Assembly: GCA_000989305.1 (NCBI GenBank)
Contig: LBTB01000006.1
Coordinates: 2,448-66,447, forward strand
DNA length: 64,000 nucleotides
Source of the DNA: Candidatus Shapirobacteria bacterium GW2011_GWF2_37_20
GTDB lineage: Bacteria > Patescibacteriota > Microgenomatia > UBA12405
Direction: 5' to 3'
Part shown: piece after piece, positions 46,284 through 54,667 of the stretch
How positions within the stretch are numbered: position 1 is the first letter of the stretch
How the letters are laid out: each line of letters begins with the position of its first letter
Translations under genes and position numbers: made by a program
The notes under the pieces: generated by a model
What the model was told of the DNA's origin: nothing
Seen by the model: the letters and a program-made list of their open reading frames with translations, nothing else
The model's database searches: none

Positions 46284-46853
46284 TTAGTTTTCTAATAGAG
46301 CAGGGTTGCCAATTATAACAAGAGGAGAAGAAAGGAAAAAGTCGACAATAAAGGGGTCCCTCTTGTTTTGACGAAGTTTTAACTCAGATTGATCCATAAC
46401 CATATAATTAATTTCTGCCTCGCGCTTTTTTTCTTCTGAGGCAATGGCGTTTTCAACCTCCCGAATCGGTAATTCACCAACTATAATTAAATCGATAGAA
46501 TCCGGGCGGGCTTTTTCCCAAAGCAAAAAGTGAAATGAAACTAAGAGGAGTTTGGCTTTATCCAATTTTTGAGCTAAATCAGAGTTACGATATGCCATAA
46601 GTAAAAGGCTATTAAATAGATGGTGACGAGGGTTGGTAGTGTAATAAAGACGGTTGCCGCGGGCTTCAGAAACTAATATGTTGGCTTTTTTTAGATTGGC
46701 CAATTCCCGACGGACTGAGTTTATTTCTTCACCACTGAGACGAACCAATTGTCGGACATAAAATAATTCCTGAGGGTTGCCAAAAAATAAGCAGATTAAT
46801 TTACATCTGGTCTTAGATGTTAGAACAGCATTGAGAGATGTTTCAACCTTCAT
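46284..46853 (-). CDS. putative winged-helix transcriptional regulator
   Basis: LICLFFGNPQELFYVRQLVRLSGEEINSVRRELANLKKANIL looks like a wHTH. The track start at 47003 overlaps the upstream gene. The internal ATG (MKVETS...) at rc 46851-46853 abuts the upstream stop. Confidence 0.4.
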   Translation of the reverse strand: MKVETSLNAVLTSKTRCKLICLFFGNPQELFYVRQLVRLSGEEINSVRRELANLKKANILVSEARGNRLYYTTNPRHHLFNSLLLMAYRNSDLAQKLDKAKLLLVSFHFLLWEKARPDSIDLIIVGELPIREVENAIASEEKKREAEINYMVMDQSELKLRQNKRDPFIVDFFLSSPLVIIGNPALLEN

Positions 46854-48069
46854 AGCTGATTTTATTACCGATAGGTAAGATTTCGACCCAAATTTGGCCG
46901 GGTACAAAATTAATTTCTTTTCCGGTAGCACTATCTTTGAAAACGGTTCTACCCTGACGGGCAGTTTTGGTCCAGGTAATTTCAGTTTTTTGCCCATTGG
47001 CAAGGTAAACTCCGGTACCGGAACCGATTAGTCCATATAAATTATGGGCGTGTTCGTCGATGGATCGGGATTCTTTGGCAAATTGAATAACTAAATTTTT
47101 GGTACTAACGACCTGTTGATAATTGAAATCAACAGCAGGTTGCCCACCATTGGATCGGAGATATTTATTGGTGCTTGGATCATATTTCCAGGAAACCGTA
47201 TAAGCTTTGTCACCCCAGAAGTCAAAGCTAACTGCGGAGGCCGTTGTGGAAAGCGATTTGTCTTCGGCTTTAAAAGACCAGGGACGGAAAGTCTTGTCCC
47301 AGGAGCTATTATTGATTTCGGTCATATTGGTTAGGCCTCGGCTGGCGGCCACGTTCCAGAGTTCGGTGGTGGAACAGTACATAGTGTGTTCAGTAGCCAC
47401 GTCAACACCGACACGATCCGGTTCGCGACGACAGGCTTTATAGGAAAGAGAAAACTGAGAAAGATCACCCCAGGTACCCTTGTTGTTCCAGCCATATTTA
47501 GCAATTTGTTCAATAGCCTGAGCTTTGACATTGGTGGTACAGGGTCCGCCGACAGTAGCCGCAGAACAATTGGCTCCACCAACGTGGGCGTAGAGAGGAT
47601 AATCAGAATATTCGGAAGCCAAATCAAGGAAATAAGTTCTGGCGGAACGGACCGGACCAACATCATATTTATTAGCGGCGCTACGAGTGGCATTACAATA
47701 GAAAACTCCCATAAATCGAGTGATGCCACCTTCAGCCACAGCTTCATAAACAATATCAGCGTTGGTTAAACCAGATTGAGGACGGGAATCGGCGTGATTT
47801 TCGATCATAACTAAGAGAGGTCGACGGGTAGACCAAATTTTTTGCTCCTCGACGGTGAATTTTTCGCCGTTAATAGGACAGACTTCAGTTTTTGGACCCT
47901 GAAAGGTTAGGAAACCGGTTTGGAGACCAGGAGAAGGAGTTGGAGTGGCGGTGGAATTTTTACTTCGACCGTCAACTGGAAAAACAGTACCGGACAACCA
48001 ATAAGAAGCGAAAGCACCGAAAACAAAAATTAGAGTATAAAGACTTGATTTAAGGATTTTAGGGTTCAT
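46843..48069 (-). CDS. DUF3048 (YerB-like) domain secreted protein
   Basis: N-terminal signal/anchor. RPLLVMIENHADSRPQSGLTNADIVYEAVAEGGITRFMGVFY matches the DUF3048 core of B. subtilis YerB-type lipoproteins. Confidence 0.6.
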   Translation of the reverse strand: MNPKILKSSLYTLIFVFGAFASYWLSGTVFPVDGRSKNSTATPTPSPGLQTGFLTFQGPKTEVCPINGEKFTVEEQKIWSTRRPLLVMIENHADSRPQSGLTNADIVYEAVAEGGITRFMGVFYCNATRSAANKYDVGPVRSARTYFLDLASEYSDYPLYAHVGGANCSAATVGGPCTTNVKAQAIEQIAKYGWNNKGTWGDLSQFSLSYKACRREPDRVGVDVATEHTMYCSTTELWNVAASRGLTNMTEINNSSWDKTFRPWSFKAEDKSLSTTASAVSFDFWGDKAYTVSWKYDPSTNKYLRSNGGQPAVDFNYQQVVSTKNLVIQFAKESRSIDEHAHNLYGLIGSGTGVYLANGQKTEITWTKTARQGRTVFKDSATGKEINFVPGQIWVEILPIGNKISYEG

Positions 48070-48075
48070 AAAATA

Positions 48076-48462
48076 TTAACGACTAATAGCTTTTAATATA
48101 GCTGATTTTTCCTCTTTTGACAAAGTAATATTATCACCTTGACCGTTTTTTATGGCCTTGGCATAAATTCGACTAAAAGAGCGGTGATGAAGAGAAGTAA
48201 GTAAAAGTCCGGAATTTTCCTTGTTTAATAAAACTAAAATAAAACTCTGATCGCCACCAACATCATCAAAAGGATTGAAACGAACCAATTTCATCTTTTC
48301 AATTGTACCGGAAGTTTCCGCCACTTTTCCGTTTTTTGTCGGGAGATGACGATACTTGGTTAAAATTAAAAATAAAAGGTATAAAAAACCTAAAAAATTT
48401 AAGATTGTGAGCAAATAAAAGATGGACGGCATGGCTTGAATAATTTTACCAAAAGAGCTCAT
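48076..48462 (-). CDS. hypothetical membrane-anchored protein (128 aa)
   Basis: N-terminal TM helix. No recognised domain. Confidence 0.35.
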   Translation of the reverse strand: MSSFGKIIQAMPSIFYLLTILNFLGFLYLLFLILTKYRHLPTKNGKVAETSGTIEKMKLVRFNPFDDVGGDQSFILVLLNKENSGLLLTSLHHRSFSRIYAKAIKNGQGDNITLSKEEKSAILKAISR

Positions 48463-48478
48463 GTTATACTGAAGTTGA

Positions 48479-48604
48479 ATGAAACAGGCACAAATTGATA
48501 ATCAGGAAAAGAGCCACTACTTACGCAAAGATTTGATCAAAAGTTTTTTGCTTAGCGTCGTAGCTATTGCAATCGTAGCTGTTTTGTATTATGTTTGGAA
48601 GTGA
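48479..48604 (+). CDS. possible 41-aa single-TM protein
   Basis: ORF MKQAQIDNQEKSHYLRKDLIKSFLLSVVAIAIVAVLYYVWK. Below the track size cutoff. Weak RBS. Confidence 0.2.
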   Translation: MKQAQIDNQEKSHYLRKDLIKSFLLSVVAIAIVAVLYYVWK

Positions 48605-48637
48605 GTTAGCTTTAATTTTTAAGGAGGTGAAAAAGTA

Positions 48638-48811
48638 ATGGCAGTTATTAAATTTTATTCCGTAAAATCTAGAAAGAGTGTGGAAGTCGATGTTTCCAAA
48701 GTTACTAAGGTCATGTTGAAAAATGGTAGACCAGCAGCTCAGGCAATTGATCCTGAGACCGGAGTCAAGATGTTCAAAATCTTATCCGCAGCTGATGCAG
48801 CCCTATTGTAG
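48638..48811 (+). CDS. small conserved-looking protein (57 aa) with canonical Shine-Dalgarno
   Basis: AAGGAGGTGAAAAAGTA precedes the ATG at 48638. Product MAVIKFYSVKSRKSVEVDVSKVTKVMLKNGRPAAQAIDPETGVKMFKILSAADAALL. A hairpin plus T-run follows at 48815-48858. Confidence 0.45.
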   Translation: MAVIKFYSVKSRKSVEVDVSKVTKVMLKNGRPAAQAIDPETGVKMFKILSAADAALL

Positions 48812-48867
48812 AAAGAATAAAAATCCCTCTAAGGTAAAACTTGGGGGGATTTTTTGGTAAAATTAGC

Positions 48868-49130
48868 TACTTCAAGGAGATTGAAGGGTTTACCCGCTCA
48901 GGCGGGAGGAAAGTCCGGACCACAAAAAGCAAGGAACTCAAATAGGTAGAGACTGCCGTAAGGTAGTGGCTATGCTACAGAGACGAGTAGGCGCAAGCCG
49001 AGATGAAACGAGCATCCTTCCTGTGGAAATCTCAAATCGAGGCGCTTGATCTAGCTTTTGAAAGCCTCAGGTAGAGAGAATAGATAGATGGCCCATAAAC
49101 AGAATCCGGCTTAACAATCTCTTTGAAGTA
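48868..49130 (+). ncRNA. rnpB: RNase P RNA (bacterial type, miniaturised, ~263 nt)
   Basis: P4 strands GGGAGGAAAGTCCGGAC (5') and ACAGAATCCGGCTTAAC (3'). P1 pairing between 48868-48883 (TACTTCAAGGAGATTG) and 49115-49130 (CAATCTCTTTGAAGTA). A GTAAGG element in between. Confidence 0.75.
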
Positions 49131-49135
49131 TTTTT

Positions 49136-50119
49136 TTATTTTTTAGCCAGGGTTTTGACGATTGTTTCAACAGTAAGGTAAAGAGGGACGGCAATGACAG
49201 CACCGACAATACCGCCAAGTTTAGCTCCAGAAGCAATTAGGAGAATGGTAACCAAAGGATTGATACCGACGGTTTCTTTCATAATCTTGGGAACAATAAA
49301 GTTGTTCTCCAATTGCTGAACAATTATTCCCCAAGCAACAGCTAAGAGAGCTATCAGGGGAGAAATGGTCAGACCAAAGAGACCGGCTAAAATTGAAGCA
49401 ATGGTAGGACCAATATTGGGAACCATTTCCAATAAACCGGCTATGATAGCCAAAGGTAGGGCATAATTCACACCAATTATTAAGTAACCAATATAGGAAA
49501 GAATGCCAATAATGAGCATTAGGAGCAACTCGGCACTAACCCAATGACCCAGGCGTTTTTCAAGCTCGTTTATAACTTCAACCGCTTTTGAACTCCTGTC
49601 TCCAAAGATCTCTATAAGATATTTATCAAAATTTTTCCTTTCTAAGAGCAGGTAAAAGGTAATGACAAAGAAGACAAAGACAGAAACGATGTTGGAAAAA
49701 ATTGACAGAGCCGTGGTGGCAATGTTTGAAGGTAAATTTTCTAGTATTTTTAATTGAGATGAAAAATCAGCCGGATTGAGGCCCCAGATACTTATATTTT
49801 GAACTATACCGGGAAGATTATGAATAAGATTGGTGGACTGTTCGACCAAGGCCGGAATAAGGCCGGCAAAAGAGAAAATTATAGCGGCAACAATTATGGC
49901 ATAAACAATTAATATGGCGACAACTCGTGGTAATTTAAATTTTTGGAGCCAGGTAACAGCGGGATTCAGACCTTCCATGAAGATGTAGCAAAGAAAAACC
50001 AAAAGGATTAAGCTACGGAGTTGCCAAACAACAAGAAGGGAAAGTATAAATAAGACAAAAAAGATAATAGTTTTGTAGGAAATCTCAACTTTTTGGGGTT
50101 TCATGACAAATTGTACCAT
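49136..50119 (-). CDS. AI-2E family (UPF0118/PerM-like) transporter
   Basis: 327 aa, about 8 TM helices. LEMVPNIGPTIA...conserved C-terminal region of AI-2E family proteins. Confidence 0.75.
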   Translation of the reverse strand: MVQFVMKPQKVEISYKTIIFFVLFILSLLVVWQLRSLILLVFLCYIFMEGLNPAVTWLQKFKLPRVVAILIVYAIIVAAIIFSFAGLIPALVEQSTNLIHNLPGIVQNISIWGLNPADFSSQLKILENLPSNIATTALSIFSNIVSVFVFFVITFYLLLERKNFDKYLIEIFGDRSSKAVEVINELEKRLGHWVSAELLLMLIIGILSYIGYLIIGVNYALPLAIIAGLLEMVPNIGPTIASILAGLFGLTISPLIALLAVAWGIIVQQLENNFIVPKIMKETVGINPLVTILLIASGAKLGGIVGAVIAVPLYLTVETIVKTLAKK

Positions 50120-51081
50120 TTTTTGACTAAATCAAGGGCAAGGAGCAGGTATTTTGGCTTGGTAATATCGATAAAATGGAGGTTTGTTTGTTTTTTAAAC
50201 CAAGTAAGTTGGCGACGGGCATATGAGTGCTCGTCAAAACGCCAAACATCAACACAATCTTTCAAAGATTTTTGGTGATTAAAATAATCTCTAAACTCTT
50301 TATAGGCCAGGGTGTTTAGTCCCGGATCTGACCAGGAATATTTTTTTAGTAAGTTTTTAATTTCATCTAAGAGGCCTATGTCCAGGCGTTTTTGAACACG
50401 GGTGTCAATGCGGGGATACAAGCATGAAGTAGGGGCGGTAAGAGAAAGGTGGAGAATATTAAAATTATTTTTATTTATTTGGATGTGATTAATCACATCC
50501 TTACCACTTAGTTTTATTTCTATTTTTCTGATTAAGCGATGGGGGTTGTGTTGTTCGGAGTTGTTTAGGGAATCAAAAGATTTTTTGTCCAACAAACGAT
50601 ATATTCTTTGAAGAGTTGATGTGGATAACTTGTTGAAAAAAAAGCGTAAAAATTTATTTGGTCGTATAAAATAAGTTGATTTGTCGGGATTAACAATACT
50701 ATCAATATATAAACCGGTACCGCCAACAATTATTGGGAGTTTGTTTTGAGAATGAATTTCAATAATTTTTTGAAAGGCTAGTTTTTGATATTGGACGACG
50801 GAAAAATCTTGATCCGGAGTAATTAAATCAATTAAATTAATTTTGAAACCTTTCGGATGGTCTTTGCCGGTACCAACATCCAAACCCTGATAAATTTGGC
50901 GGGAGTCGGCAGAAATCAAAACGCCGTTGAATTTTTTGGCCAAAGAAATGGCTAGGTCAGTTTTACCAGTAGCAGTGGGGCCGGAAATGATGAGGATTCT
51001 ATTTTCTGTTAAAGACACATTCGGTTGAGTCACAGTTTGGGGTACGACATTCAATTTTTTTGATAAGACTTGCTCCATCAA
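50101..51081 (-). CDS. miaA: tRNA dimethylallyltransferase
   Basis: P-loop ILIISGPTATGKT, then DLAISLAKKFNGVLISADSRQIYQGLDVGTGK. The N-terminal ~20 residues may be over-extended. Confidence 0.9.
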   Translation of the reverse strand: MMEQVLSKKLNVVPQTVTQPNVSLTENRILIISGPTATGKTDLAISLAKKFNGVLISADSRQIYQGLDVGTGKDHPKGFKINLIDLITPDQDFSVVQYQKLAFQKIIEIHSQNKLPIIVGGTGLYIDSIVNPDKSTYFIRPNKFLRFFFNKLSTSTLQRIYRLLDKKSFDSLNNSEQHNPHRLIRKIEIKLSGKDVINHIQINKNNFNILHLSLTAPTSCLYPRIDTRVQKRLDIGLLDEIKNLLKKYSWSDPGLNTLAYKEFRDYFNHQKSLKDCVDVWRFDEHSYARRQLTWFKKQTNLHFIDITKPKYLLLALDLVKKWYNLS

Positions 51082-51290
51082 TATTGATTGTACCAGCGAT
51101 ATCTAAATCGCACTCTGGTCGATCAATCACGTATCCTTGTTTCTGGTCGGCGACAATTTTTCTCAAAAAAGCTACGGGGGGTTTGTTTTCTCCGCCAGAA
51201 GAATAATTTCCTTGGACAACATCAATACTTTTTGGCATATTGATACGTGGAGTATACAACAATCTTTTTGAAAGATAAATAACAAACTAC

Positions 51291-52352
51291 TTAGACGTTA
51301 AATCTAAACTCAACAATATCGTCGGGGTGCATTTGATAAGTTTTACCTTCGTGACGAAGTAGACCTTTGACCTTAGCGCCTTCCCAGCCATTATTAGCCA
51401 CAAAATCGGCATAAGAAACAATTTCAGCCATGATAAAACCATGTTGAAAATCGGTGTGAATGGCTCCGGCGGCCTCCGGGGCAGTCGCGTCTTTTTTGAT
51501 AGTCCATGCCCTGGCTTCTTTAACACCGGCGGTATAAAAAGACTGAAGACCTAAAGTTTCATAGGCCTTTTGGATGACCCGCTCAAGCCCTGATTTTTCC
51601 ATACCCAATTCCTTTAAATAATTTTTTCTGTCGTCCAGTGATAGTTCTGATAATTCAAATTCGGTTTTAGCACAAACGGGAATAACATTTTCTAAAGATG
51701 TTTTAAAATTTTGAGTATCAGCGTAAGTTGATTCATCGACGTTGGCAACAATAAAATAGGGTTTGGCAGTTAACAAAAAGAATTCTTTTAATATTAGTTT
51801 TTCGTCGTCGCTTAAGTCCAAATTAATAGCTAATTTGCCTTGTTCCAGGCCAGATTTTAGATTTTTGGCCAAAGCAAACTTTTTGGTTTTCAATTCAGCT
51901 GCATTATTTTTATTACTATCAAGATACTTGTCAATGCTTTCCAAGTCTTTAATTATTAATTCGGCACAGATGACTTCAAAGTCACCCTGGGGATCAACAC
52001 TTCCTTCTTTGACAACACTGGGGTCAGAAAAGTGACGGACGACATGACAAATAGCATCACAATCACGGATGTTGGTCAAAAATTTATTTCCCAACCCCTC
52101 ACCGGTTGAGGCACCTTTAACCAGACCGGCAATGTCAACAAACTCGACAATGGCGGGGACAATTTTTGTGGTTTTAACAATGTCGGCCAAGACTTGTAAT
52201 TTATCGTCGGGGACCTCAACCACTCCAACATTTGGATCGATGGTGCAAAAGGGATAGTTACTGGCGTCAGCAACCTGACGACCTAAAAGCGCGTTAAATA
52301 AAGTCGATTTACCAACATTTGGGAGTCCGACAATGGCAATGCTCAATTTCAT
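51291..52352 (-). CDS. ychF: ribosome-binding ATPase YchF
   Basis: [23 protein letters not shown]1 motif and a C-terminal TGS domain. Confidence 0.9.
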   Translation of the reverse strand: MKLSIAIVGLPNVGKSTLFNALLGRQVADASNYPFCTIDPNVGVVEVPDDKLQVLADIVKTTKIVPAIVEFVDIAGLVKGASTGEGLGNKFLTNIRDCDAICHVVRHFSDPSVVKEGSVDPQGDFEVICAELIIKDLESIDKYLDSNKNNAAELKTKKFALAKNLKSGLEQGKLAINLDLSDDEKLILKEFFLLTAKPYFIVANVDESTYADTQNFKTSLENVIPVCAKTEFELSELSLDDRKNYLKELGMEKSGLERVIQKAYETLGLQSFYTAGVKEARAWTIKKDATAPEAAGAIHTDFQHGFIMAEIVSYADFVANNGWEGAKVKGLLRHEGKTYQMHPDDIVEFRFNV

Positions 52353-52424
52353 ACTTCTGGATTATACCGTGAATAGGATAAATTTTGGTATATAAAAACA
52401 TATAATTTTATTTTATAATCCCCT

Positions 52425-53084
52425 ATGTCAGGAAATATTGAAAATAAAGGACTTTTAATAGTGTTGTCCGGCTCCTCTGGAGTGGGAAAAGATGTGATAA
52501 TGCAAAGAACAATCGAAAGACAGCCATCTTTAAAAAGAGTCATAACGTATTGCGCCGACAGAGGGCCAAGACCGGGAGAGATTGACGGAATTCATTACCA
52601 TTTTATTTCCGAAGATAAATTTGATGAAATGATTTTGAATGGAGAATTTATTGAATTCAACAAAACACCCGGGATAATAAAAGGAACTGCCAGAGGCGAT
52701 TTGGAAGAGGCTCTAAGCGGAGAAAAAGTAATTTGGAGAATAGATCCGGACAGGGCGTCGGGGGTTAAAAATTATTTAGCACAAACGGGAGCTGAAAATT
52801 TAGTACCCCTAACCAGAACCATCTACTTGGGGGTTCCAACCATCAGGGAGCTTTGGAGAAGAATAAACGAAAGAAAATCTAGTGAAAGTAAAGAAAAAAG
52901 AGTGAAAAGACTAAGGTTCGATTGGGAAACCTGGAATGAGCAACGAGATAGATTTGACATCATGATAATGAACGAAACCGGAAAAATAGAAGAGACTGTT
53001 GATCAAATTTTAGAGTTTATTGACAAAGAATCAAAGACAGCATGTCTTCCTGAGAGCCGCAATCTGCCTTTTACGAATAATTAG
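52425..53084 (+). CDS. gmk: guanylate kinase (divergent)
   Basis: P-loop LIVLSGSSGVGKD, then ...RPGEIDGIHYHFISEDKFDEMILNGEFIEFNK, comparable to the Gmk TTRxPRxGEVDGVDYHFVS...GEFLE region. Confidence 0.7.
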   Translation: MSGNIENKGLLIVLSGSSGVGKDVIMQRTIERQPSLKRVITYCADRGPRPGEIDGIHYHFISEDKFDEMILNGEFIEFNKTPGIIKGTARGDLEEALSGEKVIWRIDPDRASGVKNYLAQTGAENLVPLTRTIYLGVPTIRELWRRINERKSSESKEKRVKRLRFDWETWNEQRDRFDIMIMNETGKIEETVDQILEFIDKESKTACLPESRNLPFTNN

Positions 53085-53699
53085 TCGGGGGTCGGAGTCA
53101 ATAATTTTTTGAGCTTCTAATAAATATTTTTTATTTTTTGTCAATTCCCCTAGCCTCATTAGACAGCCGGAACGCCAGACATGATAGACAAAGGAATCGG
53201 TAACGGATTCATATTTTTCAATAAGTTTTAAGCCATCTAAAAGATTTCTTAGACCCTCAGTTTTTTTACCGGCACGATATTGGGCTTCACCTAAATGATA
53301 CTGAAAATCCCCTTTTTCCGCTTCTTCTTTTGGATATTTTAAAAACGCTTTTAAATAAAATTTTTCAGCTTTTAGAAAATTGTTGGCCAACATTTCCATT
53401 TCTCCAAGACGAAAATAACATCGGTGAATTTTTGGGGAAATTTTAAAATATTTGGCAATTTCAAGGGAGGATAGGGCTGAGTTATAAGCAAGGTTTCTGA
53501 AACTATAATCGTTACTTAGTAAAAATAAATGTTTATAAGTTAAACAGCGACCACCAAGAGTCTCGACCAAGTCGAAATGATTTTTTTCCTGTTGATATTT
53601 ATAAATAACTTCTTCGTAAAGTTTTAGAGCGTCTAAAAGCTTGTCACTCTCACGAAGTTTTTCAGCTTTTTGATGAAGGGGACTAATCGGACTTATCAT
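53031..53699 (-). CDS. tetratricopeptide-repeat (TPR) protein
   Basis: Repeated 34-residue helical units with W/LG/Y/A/F/A/P-like spacing (ALKLYEEVIYKY..., AEKFYLKAFLKY...). Convergent 54-nt overlap with gmk. Confidence 0.5.
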   Translation of the reverse strand: MISPISPLHQKAEKLRESDKLLDALKLYEEVIYKYQQEKNHFDLVETLGGRCLTYKHLFLLSNDYSFRNLAYNSALSSLEIAKYFKISPKIHRCYFRLGEMEMLANNFLKAEKFYLKAFLKYPKEEAEKGDFQYHLGEAQYRAGKKTEGLRNLLDGLKLIEKYESVTDSFVYHVWRSGCLMRLGELTKNKKYLLEAQKIIDSDPRLIIRKRQIAALRKTCCL

Positions 53700-53702
53700 A
53701 AT

Positions 53703-54302
53703 TTATTTTTGTTTAATACTCTTTAACCACTTGTTAGTTTTTAAGTGCCACTGTCCATATTTTCTTTTTAATTTTATCAAATCAGGTAATCCAAATTTAT
53801 TTTTGAGACGGTCGATAATGATACTGTCACTGGGACGGTATATTACGAGCATTTTTTTAATATCTACCAGGGTTTTATAGTTTGGATAACTTTTGCTGTG
53901 GAAACAATCGGCATAAGTAACAATTTCTTCTTCGAGAGTAATGGGAATATTAGGATAGATACCGATACCATTATGGACTAAACAAAAACGGGCTAAATTT
54001 TCTGGAATATTCTCCTGATGACAAAGTTCGTATCCAAATTGGCTGTGTAAAATATATTTTTCAGTCTTATTGAAATCGTCGTCAAAACATTTATAAAAAC
54101 CTAGATCATGAATAAGGGCTCCGGCTGTTAATAAGTCAGAGTCGAGATTAATCTGATATTTACTTTTTAAATTGTGAGCAATTTGGAGAGAAATTTCTTT
54201 AACAATAAGACTATGGGTCCAAACTAAATCTAGTAGTTCTTCTCTATATTTTCCGTGAGAATATTTTTGATGAAGTGAATAAATTTGTGATTCATTAAAC
54301 AT
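53703..54302 (-). CDS. HD domain phosphohydrolase
   Basis: H...HD motif (HSLIVKEISLQIAHNL...GALIHDLG). Confidence 0.6.
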   Translation of the reverse strand: MFNESQIYSLHQKYSHGKYREELLDLVWTHSLIVKEISLQIAHNLKSKYQINLDSDLLTAGALIHDLGFYKCFDDDFNKTEKYILHSQFGYELCHQENIPENLARFCLVHNGIGIYPNIPITLEEEIVTYADCFHSKSYPNYKTLVDIKKMLVIYRPSDSIIIDRLKNKFGLPDLIKLKRKYGQWHLKTNKWLKSIKQK

Positions 54303-54317
54303 GGCTTATTTTACAAC

Positions 54318-54349
54318 TAAAAAGCCCCTGACGAATCAGGGGCTTTTGA
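54318..54349 (-). terminator. rho-independent terminator (perfect 9-bp stem AGCCCCTGA-CGAA-TCAGGGGCT, U-runs on both sides)
   Basis: Seen directly. It lies just 3' of the hup gene on the minus strand and is bidirectional in form. Confidence 0.7.
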
Positions 54350-54352
54350 AAT

Positions 54353-54607
54353 CTAGAGAAAATTAGGAATGTAGCGAGGCATACGTCGGGCCATGATTTT
54401 TTTGGATTCTTTAGAACCAATGGCTTTGATGGTTTTTGCCTTGAACATTTTGGTTTTGAAGGTGCCGAAACCCGAGAGTTTGACAACCTCACCAGAAGCA
54501 AGTGCCTTCATGATTTCATTTAAAAAGGTTTCGACAGAAACCTTGGCAGCTTTCTTGGACAGTTTAGCTTTTTGAGCTACGACTTCGATTAGATCTTTTT
54601 TGGTCAT
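54353..54607 (-). CDS. hup: DNA-binding protein HU
   Basis: 84 aa. MTKKDLIEVVAQKAKLSKKAAKVSVETFL...GFGTFKTKMFKAKT...RMPRYIPNF is a typical HU/IHF fold. Confidence 0.9.
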   Translation of the reverse strand: MTKKDLIEVVAQKAKLSKKAAKVSVETFLNEIMKALASGEVVKLSGFGTFKTKMFKAKTIKAIGSKESKKIMARRMPRYIPNFL

Positions 54608-54667
54608 TTTTTATTGAATTTATAATTCAGCTATCATTATTAGCTACTTTCCACTAAATTTCAAGTA

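Noticed and set aside
50999-51262. 87-aa ORF overlapping the miaA 5' end in another frame
   Set aside because: About 80 nt overlap with the strongly supported miaA start region. It has no RBS or motif. It could only be real if miaA starts at the internal GTG (around 51015), which cannot be decided from sequence alone.
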